Positions 18,189 to 29,800 of a stretch of 64,000 bases of DNA are shown piece after piece. Under the pieces are notes generated by a model. The model worked only from the letters and a program-made list of their open reading frames with translations, did not search any database and was not told the origin of the DNA. Both the position numbers and the translations under genes were made by a program. Within the stretch, counting starts at the first letter, position 1. Every line of letters begins with the position of its first letter. Location of the stretch: the sequence record DRR723986_3096; one strand, 5' to 3'.

Positions 18189-19724
18189 TTGGCAATTTAC
18201 TGGACATATACTGTGCTTCAATCTGCATTCACTTTGATGCAAAAAGACTTGCGGGGATTCTTCCGTGATCGGGGAGCTCTACTGGCAAGTCTCTTGCTGC
18301 CAATTGCCTTGGTGACGGTCTTCGGTGTCATCATGGCCTACGCATTTGGGGGCGGCTCCGGTGGTATGCCCAAAGTGAGTCTCCATGTTCTCGACGTCGA
18401 TCAGTCGGAGGCGAGTCGTGCGTTCGTGAAGAGCCTCTCGGAAGTGGACATGATTCGTGTGCGAGAAGTGACGACTGCTGCCGAAGCGGATCAGTCAGCC
18501 GCCACCAATGACACAGCGGCGGCGAATGAAAACGCCACAGAACGTCTGTCGAAACTGATTTTGGAAGGCGACTCCCACCATGCCCTGTTACTGGAAAGTG
18601 GCTTTGGAGAAACCTTCAAGGAAACTGGCACGCCTCCGCTGAAGATGTTTCGCGATCCAGGCCGGAGCATGGAGGATCAAGTAATTTCGATCGCTCTTAT
18701 GCAAGCTGCATTTCAGCAGTCTGACGGTCGAATCTGGACCGGAGCGATGACCGACATGCTGAGCGAACAAGGAATGGACAACGGTTCGCTGCAACAGATT
18801 GAAACCTGGATGGGCAATATCAGTAGCACCATCGGTGACTTCACTTCAACGACCGAGGACGAATCCGAGAGCGAAAGCACTTCGGAAGCGTCAGACGCTT
18901 CGCCAACGGCTGACGCGGCAGCCAATGCGACGGCCGCGCCTACCGGGCGTGGATCTGGCACGAGTTCTGGTGATGCAGTCGCGAGTGACGGCGAAACCTC
19001 TTCAACACAGTCGCCGGGTGGCATGAATGCGATGCTGGATTTTTTCCAGAATGCCATTCCGGTTGAGACTGAAGACATCAGCCCGCCCGGTCGCGAGGTT
19101 CAGGTGACTTATCAGCAAGCGCAGAGTGTGTCGGGAATGAGCGTGATGATGCTTCTGTTTGCGTTGACCAGCAGCGCAAGCATCTTGCTGCGTGAGCGGG
19201 AGGACGGCACACTTCGCCGGCTGTTTGCTCAACCAATCCCTAGAAGCAGTGTGTTGCTCGGGAAGTTCTTCTTTGTTTTCGCCGTTGGTGCGCTGCAGTT
19301 GAGCGTTCTTTTCGTGTACGGCGAATGGATGTTTGATGTGGGGCTGTTCCGCGATCCGGTCACACTAGTTGTTCTCGCAGCAACATGGATAGCGACGGGC
19401 GGAGCATTCGGCATGTTTCTCGCTTCGGCGTGCAAATCGGCCAAGCAAGCGGAAGGGCTGGCAACACTGTTGATCCTGTGCATGAGCGCCCTGGGTGGAT
19501 GCTGGTTTCCGATGCAACTGTTCACGCTGCCAACCTGGCTCGATATCCTCAGCAAGTGTACGCCCACGTACTGGGCAATGAGTGGGTTCCAGGGAATGCT
19601 GTGGAACCAGCTTGCGTGGTACAGCCCCAAAATCCTGCAAGCAGTCTCCGTGCAACTCATCTGGGCGGTGGTACTTTCCGGGCTGAGCGTTTGGCTCTTC
19701 CGACGAAATTACACCACCGGTTAA
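18189..19724 (+). CDS. ABC-2 type transporter permease
   Basis: N-terminal TM helix, large extracytoplasmic loop, ERxDGTLRRL motif, C-terminal TM bundle with LGGCWFP and PTYWAM. The true start may be 18213 or 18237. Confidence 0.88.
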   Translation: MAIYWTYTVLQSAFTLMQKDLRGFFRDRGALLASLLLPIALVTVFGVIMAYAFGGGSGGMPKVSLHVLDVDQSEASRAFVKSLSEVDMIRVREVTTAAEADQSAATNDTAAANENATERLSKLILEGDSHHALLLESGFGETFKETGTPPLKMFRDPGRSMEDQVISIALMQAAFQQSDGRIWTGAMTDMLSEQGMDNGSLQQIETWMGNISSTIGDFTSTTEDESESESTSEASDASPTADAAANATAAPTGRGSGTSSGDAVASDGETSSTQSPGGMNAMLDFFQNAIPVETEDISPPGREVQVTYQQAQSVSGMSVMMLLFALTSSASILLREREDGTLRRLFAQPIPRSSVLLGKFFFVFAVGALQLSVLFVYGEWMFDVGLFRDPVTLVVLAATWIATGGAFGMFLASACKSAKQAEGLATLLILCMSALGGCWFPMQLFTLPTWLDILSKCTPTYWAMSGFQGMLWNQLAWYSPKILQAVSVQLIWAVVLSGLSVWLFRRNYTTG

Positions 19725-19974
19725 GCGGCTGAGGAACCAAACCCGTTCTGCAGATCGCCAATCCGAGCGTGAAAGTCCGCTATGCCGCGGCGGGCGACTT
19801 GCTTCGATGGCATCGGACTGGTTCAGCAGTGGCTGTAAACTACTTGGCTGTAGGTGTTTAGGGCTTCGAGCTGCTGACCAAGTGAGTAGGCTTTGGGCTT
19901 TTCAAAGTCCGGTTTATGATATCTGATGCGCTCCCCAGTGGCCTAACTTCAATGTCGCGGCAGGTTTCCCTCGT

Positions 19975-20796
19975 ATGAGTCAGCTAAAAACGGTCCAAAA
20001 ACGCCCGGTTCCAGATGGTGTGTGGGTGAAATGCCCAGGCTGCAAGGCAACGGTCTACCAAAAGGAATCGCAGCGGCTTCAGAACGTTTGCCCCAAGTGC
20101 GATTACCACTTCTATGTGTCAGCTCGCGAACGCATCATCCAGGTTCTGGACGAGGGCACGTTTCAGGAGTGGGACACGAGTCTCAAACCAACAGATCCGC
20201 TCGGTTTCGCAGACAAGAAGCGTTACGCCGACCGGCTCAAGGACGAACAGAACCGCACTGGTCTGACGGACGCGGCACTGACCGGCTGCGGCATGATTCG
20301 AGCCCGGCGCGTTGCAATCGGTGTAACCGACAGTGCCTTCATTATGGGTAGCATGGGCTCCGTAGTTGGCGAGAGATTGACGCGATTGGTCGAGCGCGCG
20401 ACGGCTCAAGGGCTGCCGCTGATTATTATCAGTGGTTCTGGCGGCGGTGCTCGCATGCACGAAGGCATCTTGTCACTGATGCAGATGGCCAAAGTGTCCG
20501 CAGCGCTCTCACGTTACAGTGAGTCGGGTGGGCTATACATTTCGGTGCTAACCAATCCGACAATGGGCGGAGTTGCCGCCAGCTTCGCTTCGCTAGGTGA
20601 TTTGGTGTTCGCTGAGCCGAAGGCCTTGATCGGATTCGCCGGGCCGCGAACGGTGAAAGCGACGATCAAAATTGAGCTGCCGCCAGGGTTCCAGACAAGT
20701 GAGTTTTTGTTGGAACATGGTTACATTGATAGAATTGTTCACCGCAATCGACTGAAGAATGAAATTGCGCGAGCGATTGACTACTGCGGGAAGTAG
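19975..20796 (+). CDS. accD: Acetyl-CoA carboxylase carboxyltransferase beta subunit
   Basis: [12 protein letters not shown]...CPKC zinc finger, [29 protein letters not shown] and [12 protein letters not shown]. Confidence 0.96.
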   Translation: MSQLKTVQKRPVPDGVWVKCPGCKATVYQKESQRLQNVCPKCDYHFYVSARERIIQVLDEGTFQEWDTSLKPTDPLGFADKKRYADRLKDEQNRTGLTDAALTGCGMIRARRVAIGVTDSAFIMGSMGSVVGERLTRLVERATAQGLPLIIISGSGGGARMHEGILSLMQMAKVSAALSRYSESGGLYISVLTNPTMGGVAASFASLGDLVFAEPKALIGFAGPRTVKATIKIELPPGFQTSEFLLEHGYIDRIVHRNRLKNEIARAIDYCGK

Positions 20797-20887
20797 CTCT
20801 CTTGGCACGATGACCGAGAAGCTACTTCGATAGACTTCTCGCCTCTGTTCGAAGAACCTCGTCTCTTAGAGAAAAACGGGTGTTGCC

Positions 20888-21805
20888 ATGGGACTGCTGG
20901 ACAAGCTTGGATTTGGTAAAAAATCGTCTGGCAATCAGTCGAAATCTGCGAGCTTGAAGAACAAATCACGCGTCGATATCGATGCCAGGTTCGAGCGATT
21001 GCGAACGGCCGTGAACGGCACGATGAGCAAGTTCTTTGCCGCGCGAGATCGCGAACTAGACCAAGTTGTCGGCTTAAAGCTGTGCGATCTGGAGAAGTTC
21101 AGCTTCTTCGAAAGCCGGTTTAAGGGCATGGATAAGCCGCCCGAGGGGGAAGTGGCCGCGGCCATGGATCACCCCAACATCATCAAGACGCTCGAATACG
21201 GTTTGACGAACAAGAAAGAACCGTACCTGCTGATGGAGTTCGTCGATGGGCCGGGGCTGAATACTCTGATTCAAAACAAGGACATTGAACGACTGGGCGA
21301 TCGAAGGCTGCCGCTGATCAAGCAAATGGCTGACGCCCTGGCGTATGTCCACTCAAAAGGATTTATCCACCGGGACATTTGTCCGCGGAACTTTATTTGC
21401 ACCTCGGACATGTCGACCATCAAGTTGATCGATTTTGGGCTAACCGTCCCAGCAACCGAGCCATTTATGCGGCCTGGGAACCGAACCGGAACGCCGCTTT
21501 ACATGGCACCCGAAATCGTGCGTCGACGGCCAACAGACCAGCGATTGGATATATTCGCATTTGGAGTCAGTTGCTACCAGTTGTTAACCTTTGATCTTCC
21601 GTGGCCCGGCGGTGAGACCAGCGGCTTGGCAGCACTCAATCACGACACATCGAACCCGCGAGATATCTTCGAGTATCGACCCGATTTGAACAAACAGCTT
21701 GGCGGATTGATCATGCAGTGCGTCCAATCGAATCCGGAACAACGAGTCCAGTCGATGGAGAAGTTTGTTTCGGCATTGCGACAAATTCCATCGGAAACGG
21801 TATAG
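20888..21805 (+). CDS. Serine/threonine protein kinase (catalytic domain only)
   Basis: HPNII, HRDICPRN, DFGL, GTPLYMAPE and DIFAFG. Confidence 0.9.
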   Translation: MGLLDKLGFGKKSSGNQSKSASLKNKSRVDIDARFERLRTAVNGTMSKFFAARDRELDQVVGLKLCDLEKFSFFESRFKGMDKPPEGEVAAAMDHPNIIKTLEYGLTNKKEPYLLMEFVDGPGLNTLIQNKDIERLGDRRLPLIKQMADALAYVHSKGFIHRDICPRNFICTSDMSTIKLIDFGLTVPATEPFMRPGNRTGTPLYMAPEIVRRRPTDQRLDIFAFGVSCYQLLTFDLPWPGGETSGLAALNHDTSNPRDIFEYRPDLNKQLGGLIMQCVQSNPEQRVQSMEKFVSALRQIPSETV

Positions 21806-21853
21806 CCTCGCCAGCCGCCACTCTTAGTGAAAACGCCCCACGGAAAGGGAATC

Positions 21854-22201
21854 ATGGGATTGTTTGACGGAACTGCCCTCGAGCGACCGGTACTCTGCGA
21901 GCAGTGCGGTGGCAACGTGAAGGAGTGCGATTGCGCTCCGCCCGAACCGGAAAAAGCACCGGATACGCCCCCGGAAAAACAACGGCTTAAGGTGCGTGTC
22001 GAGAAACGCAAACGCGGCAAAATGATGACCGTTGCGGCCGGATTCTCTTGCCAGCCACAACAACTTCAGGACGTCTTAACTGGACTGAAGAACCACTGCG
22101 GAGCTGGTGGGACGATTGACGGCGAGCAGGTCGAAATCCAGGGCTCGCACGCTGGCCGGGTGACTGAATTTCTTAAGCAACGCGGTTACAAAGTGTCCTG
22201 A
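21854..22201 (+). CDS. SUI1/YciH translation initiation factor family
   Basis: KRKRGKMMT...LKNHCGAGGT...VEIQGSH, with an N-terminal CxxC...CxC. Start placed at ATG 21854. Confidence 0.85.
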   Translation: MGLFDGTALERPVLCEQCGGNVKECDCAPPEPEKAPDTPPEKQRLKVRVEKRKRGKMMTVAAGFSCQPQQLQDVLTGLKNHCGAGGTIDGEQVEIQGSHAGRVTEFLKQRGYKVS

Positions 22202-24267
22202 GTGGGCGACGGGATGTCGCTGTCCGTATTATGCCTGGGCCAATGCAAACGAAACGATGCACCGCCAGAGCTAAGATTGCGGACAGAAATGTCACCGCCG
22301 TGTTCGCGAAGCACCTTCCGACTAACCGGTAGCCCAAGACCTGTGCCTCGAGCTCCTTTGGAGGATTCGAAAGGTACAAAAATCGACTCTGCGTCGGCCG
22401 CGGGAATTCCTGGCCCCGAGTCGTCGACTTCGATGAAGACGTGTTCGTCCGATTCATCCAAGCCAACCCGAACGATGACTGCGGGCCCGCCAAATGACCC
22501 TTTGGCATCCAGCCCGGATTCCGAATCGGTTGTGGCCGGTTGGACTTCGTCGGATACAGCCGCGGCCTCCGCACTTGCATCGATGGCGTTGGTGATCACA
22601 TTCAAAAGAGCTTGATGCATCCCATCGCGATCAAAATCGGCGAGCAGATTGTCTCCGTCTAGCAGTTGAAGCGAAATCCCCATATCACTCGCCCGAGTGG
22701 ACATCAGTGAAACGACCTCTTGAACCACCTGGCGGAGATCGCTTTCCTGCACCTGTGGTTCGCGTTCCTTGCTGAAACTGAGCATGTCCATGACCAGGTT
22801 GCTGATCCGCTGCTGGTTGCGGTCCACAATCGCCCAACCGCGTTGCACGACATCAAGTTTTTCTTTGTCGATACCATCTTCGACCAGGAAGCTCCCGCCT
22901 TTGATTCCTTGAAGAATGTTTTTGACATGGTGGGAAAGATTGGCAATCGTCTGACCCATTGCCGCTAATCTTTCACTCTGCAGCATCGCTCGATAGAACT
23001 GCGTATCCTCGATAGCCAACGCTGCTTGACCAGCGATGGCCAGCATGATCTTCATGTGTTGGTGATTGAATGCCGCCTGCTGTCGCTGAGCGTATTCGCC
23101 GGGCGACGTTCGGGTGTCGACATAGACGATTCCGACCAGTCCATATCGCCCCAGCATGGGAACGCAGATGGCTTCATGGACACCAATGCTGGCGATGCTT
23201 TCTGCATTCTCCCAACGAGAATCATCCTGAGCATTGCTGGTCATGACCGACTCACGCGTCTCGGTAACATGGTCCAAGATCGTCTTGCTGATTCGAATCG
23301 GTTCCCGTGACGGCGAGCTCTTCACACGGCGATTATCTGAGCTAAACGCTGGCCGCAAGTTTCCGGTCGCTTCATCGATCAGGAGGATACAACCGCGGTC
23401 GCACTGAATCCAATCGAATATGAGCTGAGCAACTTGATGCAGCAGCTCGTCCAGGTCAAGCGTCCGCCGAACGGCTTGTGAGACTTCGTAGACGATCTCC
23501 CAGTCGCTTTGTTCGCGTGGTGCGCCGCTATCCCGTTCGTCTCCAGCAGCAGAACCATCGTCAGAAACACTGCCAGTGTGAGCGATCGTCTCGGCGCTCG
23601 ACACAACTCGCTCAGGAACAACGCCCCCTGAAACGGTTCCCCCTGAAACAGCTTCCTCTGAGGCAGTTCCTTTTGAGACATTGTCCGCTGAGATTGAGCT
23701 TTCAGGAGCGACTCGACCAGGTGCAATTCGATTGGAGTCTTTCGCCGGATCCGGTGGCTGTGTTGTTGAAGGCGGCTTAGATTTGGATGTTGCCGATGAA
23801 CTGGCACGTGTACTTAACCGCCAGGCCGCGTGACTTTCCAGTGAGCCGGTAATTCGCGAGAGGTCCTCAGTCCCCTGTCCGGCGACAACTTCGACATTTG
23901 CTTTCTCGGACGAGCTGTGGCCGGGGCTTTGACTGGAGTCTGCACCTGCGACCTCTCGAGTCGATCCGCCAGGTTCGGGGCCGCCGGTGTAGATCAACAG
24001 CGTGCGTCCGATTTGGACACGGTCACCACTGTTGAGCGTCGCGCGGGTGATCCGACGACTGTTCAGGTAAGTGCCATTGCTACTCGAATTGTCGACGATG
24101 TCATGCTCGGTCTCACTGGTTCGGACGACCATCGCATGCTGCCGCGAAACTTCGGTATCGTTCAACTGAATCGCACAGTTGCTTCCGCGACCGATTTGTG
24201 CGGCACCGCCTCGGATCGGGAAGTGCTTGCCGTTGTCTTTGCCTCGAATGACGTAGAACGACGACAT
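22186..24267 (-). CDS. FHA-GAF sensor histidine kinase
   Basis: FHA (IGRG...VSRQHA...SSNGT), GAF (ICVPML...GIVYVD), H-box LSHHVKNIL, N-box NVITNAID, DSGPGI and GTGLGL. Confidence 0.9.
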   Translation of the reverse strand: MSSFYVIRGKDNGKHFPIRGGAAQIGRGSNCAIQLNDTEVSRQHAMVVRTSETEHDIVDNSSSNGTYLNSRRITRATLNSGDRVQIGRTLLIYTGGPEPGGSTREVAGADSSQSPGHSSSEKANVEVVAGQGTEDLSRITGSLESHAAWRLSTRASSSATSKSKPPSTTQPPDPAKDSNRIAPGRVAPESSISADNVSKGTASEEAVSGGTVSGGVVPERVVSSAETIAHTGSVSDDGSAAGDERDSGAPREQSDWEIVYEVSQAVRRTLDLDELLHQVAQLIFDWIQCDRGCILLIDEATGNLRPAFSSDNRRVKSSPSREPIRISKTILDHVTETRESVMTSNAQDDSRWENAESIASIGVHEAICVPMLGRYGLVGIVYVDTRTSPGEYAQRQQAAFNHQHMKIMLAIAGQAALAIEDTQFYRAMLQSERLAAMGQTIANLSHHVKNILQGIKGGSFLVEDGIDKEKLDVVQRGWAIVDRNQQRISNLVMDMLSFSKEREPQVQESDLRQVVQEVVSLMSTRASDMGISLQLLDGDNLLADFDRDGMHQALLNVITNAIDASAEAAAVSDEVQPATTDSESGLDAKGSFGGPAVIVRVGLDESDEHVFIEVDDSGPGIPAADAESIFVPFESSKGARGTGLGLPVSRKVLREHGGDISVRNLSSGGASFRLHWPRHNTDSDIPSPTQDTL

Positions 24268-24350
24268 AGAAAAGACTTTGCTGGTTCGAACTAAGGAAAA
24301 CCCTACGTGCTCTGCCCCGAGAGCATCAACGCATTAAGCAAATTGACGCC

Positions 24351-25871
24351 TTAGCAATTCTCTGCAATTTCCGAGAACGTCTTTTGAAGCGCCGGATAAA
24401 GCGACTGATACACGGAGAAGGCCTTGTTGTAGGTCTTCACAGCCGGCCGCTTGGGAGGAGTCTTCTGGACGACTTCAATGGTTGCTTTGCAGGCTTCTTC
24501 GATGTTGGAAAACTGCCCTGTTCCGACAGCGGCTAGCAGGGCCACTCCGTAAGCAGGTCCTTGTTCTGCGTTGATCGTGCAAGCAGCCTGGTCCATCACA
24601 TCGGCAAAAATCTGCTTCCACAACTGACTCTTCGCACCACCGCCACTGAGTCGCATTTCTCGGACTGGCACGTCCAGCGACCGGATGATCTCCAGGCTCT
24701 CCCGCAGACTCATTGCGACGCCTTCCATGACTGCTCGAGCCATGTGACCGCGCGTATGCTTGCTGGTCAGCCCAACAAAACAACCGCGTGCATTTGGATC
24801 GGCGTGCGGTGTTCTTTCGCCAGCCAGATAGGGAGCGAACAAGAGCCCCTCCGCGCCGGCCGCGACAGCGTTTGCTTCGGAATTGATCGTCTGGTACGGA
24901 TCGGCACCGCGTCTGGTTGCGAGTTCAGTGCAAATGTTCTCGACAAACCACTGCAGCGAACCAGCCGCCGATAGAGTAACGCCCATCATGTGCCACTTGC
25001 CGCGGACGGCATGGCAGAATGTGTGCAAGCGTCCCTGCGTGTCATACTGGGGTTCATCACTGTGCATGAACATGACGCCGGATGTTCCCAACGAGGCGGT
25101 CAGGATGCCGCGTCGAACAATCCCATTGCCAACCGCGCCCGCAGCACAGTCCCCGGCTCCGCCAACGACGATGCAGTCTGTCGTCAGGCCGAGCTTCTTG
25201 GCAATTTCGGGAGTCAGTTTCCCGGTCACATCTTCGGATTCGTAGACTGGCGCAAGAAGGCTTTCGTCCAATTGCAGCTTGCTTAACAGCGGCTTCGACC
25301 ACTTCCGTTTCACGACATCAAGGAACAGCATTCCGCTCGCATCGCTGACTTCCGTAGCCAGCTCGCCCGTTAGCCGTCGACGAATTTCATCCTTGGGAAG
25401 GAGCACGGTCTTCAGTCGGTCGAAACGCTTCGGTTCATTGTTTCGCAGCCAGAGCACCTTCGGCGCAGTGAAGCCGGTTAGCGCCGGGTTGGCGACCATC
25501 TTGATCAGCTTCTTACGGCCGCCGGCGGCTTCAGTGATCTCTTCACATTCCTTTGCGGTCCGTTGATCGTTCCACAGCAAGGCGGGGCGAATGACTTTCC
25601 CTTTAGCGTCCAAGAAGACCGAACCGTGCATTTGCCCCGAAAGCCCAATGCCCTTAACGTCAGCCGGTTTGACCCTAGACTGCTTTACAACCGCACGAAT
25701 CGTTTTGACAGTTGCATTCCACCAGAGCTCTGGATCTTGCTCTGTCCACATTGGTTTAGGCATCGAAACGTCGTAGGCCGACGACGACTCGGCGAGGATG
25801 TTACCATCGGGATCAATCAGAAGACTCTTTGTCCCACTCGTCCCAATGTCCACTCCGATTGTGAATCCCAC
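24351..25871 (-). CDS. xylB: Xylulokinase
   Basis: IGVDIGTSGTK, GLSGQMHG, LWNDQRT, GAGDCAAGAVG, PYLAGERTP and SGGGAKS. Start placed at GTG 25871. Confidence 0.9.
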   Translation of the reverse strand: MGFTIGVDIGTSGTKSLLIDPDGNILAESSSAYDVSMPKPMWTEQDPELWWNATVKTIRAVVKQSRVKPADVKGIGLSGQMHGSVFLDAKGKVIRPALLWNDQRTAKECEEITEAAGGRKKLIKMVANPALTGFTAPKVLWLRNNEPKRFDRLKTVLLPKDEIRRRLTGELATEVSDASGMLFLDVVKRKWSKPLLSKLQLDESLLAPVYESEDVTGKLTPEIAKKLGLTTDCIVVGGAGDCAAGAVGNGIVRRGILTASLGTSGVMFMHSDEPQYDTQGRLHTFCHAVRGKWHMMGVTLSAAGSLQWFVENICTELATRRGADPYQTINSEANAVAAGAEGLLFAPYLAGERTPHADPNARGCFVGLTSKHTRGHMARAVMEGVAMSLRESLEIIRSLDVPVREMRLSGGGAKSQLWKQIFADVMDQAACTINAEQGPAYGVALLAAVGTGQFSNIEEACKATIEVVQKTPPKRPAVKTYNKAFSVYQSLYPALQKTFSEIAENC

Positions 25872-26135
25872 GCCAATCCCCCAAAATACAGTCCGAATGT
25901 GTAATCTACGATGTGTTTTGTGATGACCTTTGATCCACTTGCAGATCACGTGCCGATCCACTCGCAGGGCCACCAATTCCCGGCCCACTATACCGCACTG
26001 GCTGACGAATTCATACTGTATGGACGGTAATGCCAGGTAGGCGATCAATGCAGTTGGATTATCCGTTAAGTGGTTTGTTGTTGATGCAACGCGCCCGTTG
26101 AAGCGTGTTTTGGGAAGCGTTCGGAAGCAAGTGGA

Positions 26136-26804
26136 ATGACAGAAGATCCGAAAGTTGTTTGGCACGCCGAATCAGTCGGCCGTGAGGCTCGGCAGGCACA
26201 CCTAGGGCAGCGTGGTTGTGTCATTTGGTTCACGGGACTGAGTGGATCTGGCAAGAGCACGGTTGCCAACGAGGTGGATCGTTTGCTCAGCGAGAACGGC
26301 CGACACACGTGCCTGCTGGACGGTGACAACGTGCGGCATGGTCTATGTGCCGGCCCGAATTTGCTCGAGCCCGAACATGGCAGCGATTTTGCACAGCGGT
26401 TCGGGCTTGGCTTCGGTGCACAAGACCGCGCGGAGAACATTCGCCGCATCGGAGCAGTCGCACAACTGTTTGCGACAAGTGGCCTGATTGCCTTGACCGC
26501 GTTTGTGAGTCCCTATCGAATCGATCGCCAACGCGTGCGGAAGTGGGTCAACTCACAAGGCACTCAGGGAGATTTCGTCGAGGTCTTTGTTGACACGCCA
26601 CTAGAGGTGTGTGAGTCGCGAGACCCGAAAGGTCTGTACAAACTGGCTCGTGAAGGCAAGATTGCCAACTTTACGGGAATCAGCGATCCGTATGAAGCAC
26701 CGGAGAATCCTGAGTTGCATTTGGCGGGTGCAGATGGCACGCCAACGGAACTCGCACAGCAGGTCGTCGACTACCTTACAACGGGAAACTACCTTCACCA
26801 GTAG
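26136..26804 (+). CDS. cysC: Adenylyl-sulfate kinase
   Basis: [37 protein letters not shown] and [11 protein letters not shown]. Confidence 0.95.
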   Translation: MTEDPKVVWHAESVGREARQAHLGQRGCVIWFTGLSGSGKSTVANEVDRLLSENGRHTCLLDGDNVRHGLCAGPNLLEPEHGSDFAQRFGLGFGAQDRAENIRRIGAVAQLFATSGLIALTAFVSPYRIDRQRVRKWVNSQGTQGDFVEVFVDTPLEVCESRDPKGLYKLAREGKIANFTGISDPYEAPENPELHLAGADGTPTELAQQVVDYLTTGNYLHQ

Positions 26805-26814
26805 TTTGCGACGG

Positions 26815-29800
26815 CTAGCTGGATTTCGAGGCCTGGAACTGCTCTTCACCCGTTGTGAGGTGACGCTGGAGTGCCCGGGCCAAGTGTTCTACGTTGGGCG
26901 ACTGGACCATGCTATGGTGATGCCCCGGCACAAACTCGACGGCCACTTGATCGACCAAGTAGCCCCACCCGCGATCTTCTGAGGGACGAGGCCCATTGAT
27001 CTGCACCGGTGTTTCGCTGGGCCGGAACAACAGGATGTTGCACTCGATCGGCTCCAATTTGAAGATCGTGGATAGTTCGACATGACGGTGAAACAACCCT
27101 TGAAGGTCTTCCAGCGTTTGTGCTACCACCTCGGGAGGAGACTCCTCGGTCAGGACGCCAAGCTTCTTAACGTGCTCGAACAACAGCGGCAATTGCTCTT
27201 TGGCAGAAAGCTCGCCCAACTGTTCCAGCGTCATCTCGATACCGTACTCAAGCCCAACGTTGACGCGTTCATCCTTGGGCACCAACGGTGTCGACTCTTC
27301 CGGGATTGTCGTGTCGAGTAGCAACAGCCGCTCGATCTCGACACCACTGGCCAAGCACTGTCGTGCCATCTCGTAGGCGATCAATCCTCCGAGCGACCAA
27401 CCACCAACAATGTATGGCCCCTCAGGCTGAACGGTTCGAATGGCTTCGATGTATTCCTCCGCCATCGATTCAATTGATGTCGGCAACTCTTCATCGCCGT
27501 GCAGCCCACGCGAGCGAATCCCATATACAGGTTGGTCGTCGCCTAGGCACTTCATCAAGTCTTGATAGCAGATAACGATTCCACCAGGCGGGTGAACCAA
27601 GAAGATTGGCCGCTGGCTCCCACCGGTGCGAAGCGGCGTTATCAGCGACGCAGCCCCATGACGCGCCGCCGAGCTGACTGCGGCAGCGCCGAATCGCTTC
27701 GACATGGTCTCGTCGTGCAACTCGTAGAGGCTGCAGGCCATTGATCGAATCGTCGCTAAGTCGAAGATGAGCGCAGCGGGGACTCGAATTCCAAGTTCTT
27801 CAGATAGCCTTGTCGTCAGCATGGCGGCTTGCAAGGAGGTGCCACCTGCTGCGAAGAAATTCTCGTCGATCGATATCGCATCACAACCGATGACTTCAGC
27901 CCAGCTATCATGCAGGAACTGCTCTGCCGCGTTCTCGGGTGGAAGAACTTGACGACCGACTGTCAGCGAGTCGATAGTGCTGGGTAATTGTTTGCGATCG
28001 ACCTTGCCGCTGGTCAACATGGGCATGGTGTCGACTGGCAAAATGGCGTCCGGTCTCTTGAAAGCTGGCAGTTTCGCGGCAAGTTCGACACGAATCTGTG
28101 CGATGGCCTGTTGTTGATCAGCGTCGGCTGCAAGCTGGACAAACAGGGCAAGCGTGCTGTTGGCTCCTGGCCCCTCGACAACTTTAGCCGCACATCGAAC
28201 GGCCTTGGAACACTCCGCTGCGGCCGACTCAACCTCGCTGAGTTCGATCCGATAGCCGCGCACTTTGACCTGGTGGTCGGATCTTCCTAGGAATTCGATA
28301 GCTCCGGAGGTTAGCTTGCGACCTCGATCGCCAGTCAGATAGACTCGCCGCGTCGGATCGAGCGGATGCGATACAAAACGCTCGGCGGTCAACTCAGGTG
28401 CACCGACGTACCCATTGGCCAGGCCGTTTCCACCGATGGCGATCTCGCCAGGAATGGTATCAGGGACCGGCATTCGGTCTCTGCCGAGTATCAGAACTTC
28501 GCAACCGGCAATCGGAGGGCCAATCGGAATCGTTCGACGAGCGTCATGATCCAACAACTCAATTGCAGTTGCCTCAACTGCAGCTTCGGTAGGGCCGTAA
28601 AAATTCCAGAACTTGCTCGCAGTCTTGGTGGCTTGGATCTGGCTAGGAAGTTCCGTCGGCATACTCTCACCGCCGGTCCACACGTACCTTAGCGACTTGC
28701 ATTGACTGAACTGCGGCTGTTCAACGAGCAGACTAAGAAGGCTCGGCACGGCTGGCAAAACACTAATGCGTTGCTCGCGGATGAATTCTACCAACAGGGC
28801 TGGATCGCGCACTGTCTCGTCATCGGGCCATACCAGCGTGGCCCCTTGGGTGAGAGTCGTCCAGGCGACGCCCAGTGCGGCATCAAACTGGTGCGAGAGC
28901 AACATGAGAACGCGGTCACCCTTTTCAAGTGGTACCGCCTGAGCCCGCCAGTTGAGCGTATTACCAATCGCGGCAAACGGCACTTCGACGCCTTTGGGGC
29001 GTCCTGTTGAACCGGAGGTATAGACTACGTATGCAGCAGCATCGTCCTGAATCTGTTGCATAGCTTCATTGGCAGCAGTTCCAATCTCAGTAGATTCACC
29101 GGAAGCAGATGCTTGATTACTCGAGACGACGGATGCTGCTGATGCGGGCAGCGTGCGGGTATCGATTTGAGCGACAGAGGGCAACGCCCAGTCACTCGTC
29201 GTATCGCAAACGCAGCGTTTTGCTCCCGTGTCGGCGGCTAGGTCTGCCCATGTGACTGATGGCTGTCGAGCATCAATCGGAATCGGGACCGCGCCGACTA
29301 ATTGCACGCCGAGCATCGCAGTGAACGCAGAGCGGCCGCCTTTACAAAACACCGGCAAGCGTTCCCCGGGTTGGACGCCGACCTTTGTTAGCTCACTAGC
29401 CAGTTGCATCGCGGAGTTGACTAAGTCAGCGTACGACGTTTGGTCATCGCCGAGGGTGAATGCTGTAGCGTCAGGTGCATCCACTGCGTGGCCAATGATT
29501 TTCTTCGCAACGTTGAATTCTGGTGTGTCACCATTGAGCACCGGTGCAGTGGCAGCAACGGAAGAAACGATTGCTGGCAACCTAGTGTCTGGACGACTTA
29601 GGCCAGCATCCAAAATCTGCGAAAAAACGCGGGCGAACTGCTGCATTGTGTCTGCGGCGAAGAGGTCTTTGCAGTAGCAGACCATGCCCTTCAGTTCATC
29701 GGCACTGTGTTCAAAAATGAACTCGACGTCGTAGTGGCAGGTTGGGTGCTCGAAGTAAAAACTCTCCTGCCGCATTCCTGCAAACGTCCAAGACTGCTCT

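Noticed and set aside
23620-23685. 15-bp degenerate repeats in the histidine kinase, and similar ones at 1-30 and about 41380-41420
   Set aside because: They are in-frame low-complexity linker expansions (VSGGT, APEEK, PAES) with no sign of an independent function.
25872-26165. 98-aa N-terminal extension of xylulokinase in the ORF track
   Set aside because: The FGGY kinase motif begins right after GTG 25871. The extension would fill the divergent promoter region and overlap cysC.
26136-26804. cysC as part of the PKS-NRPS cluster (sulfated product)
   Set aside because: It is convergent with the NRPS, and no sulfotransferase gene or domain is visible in the window. Adjacency alone is insufficient.
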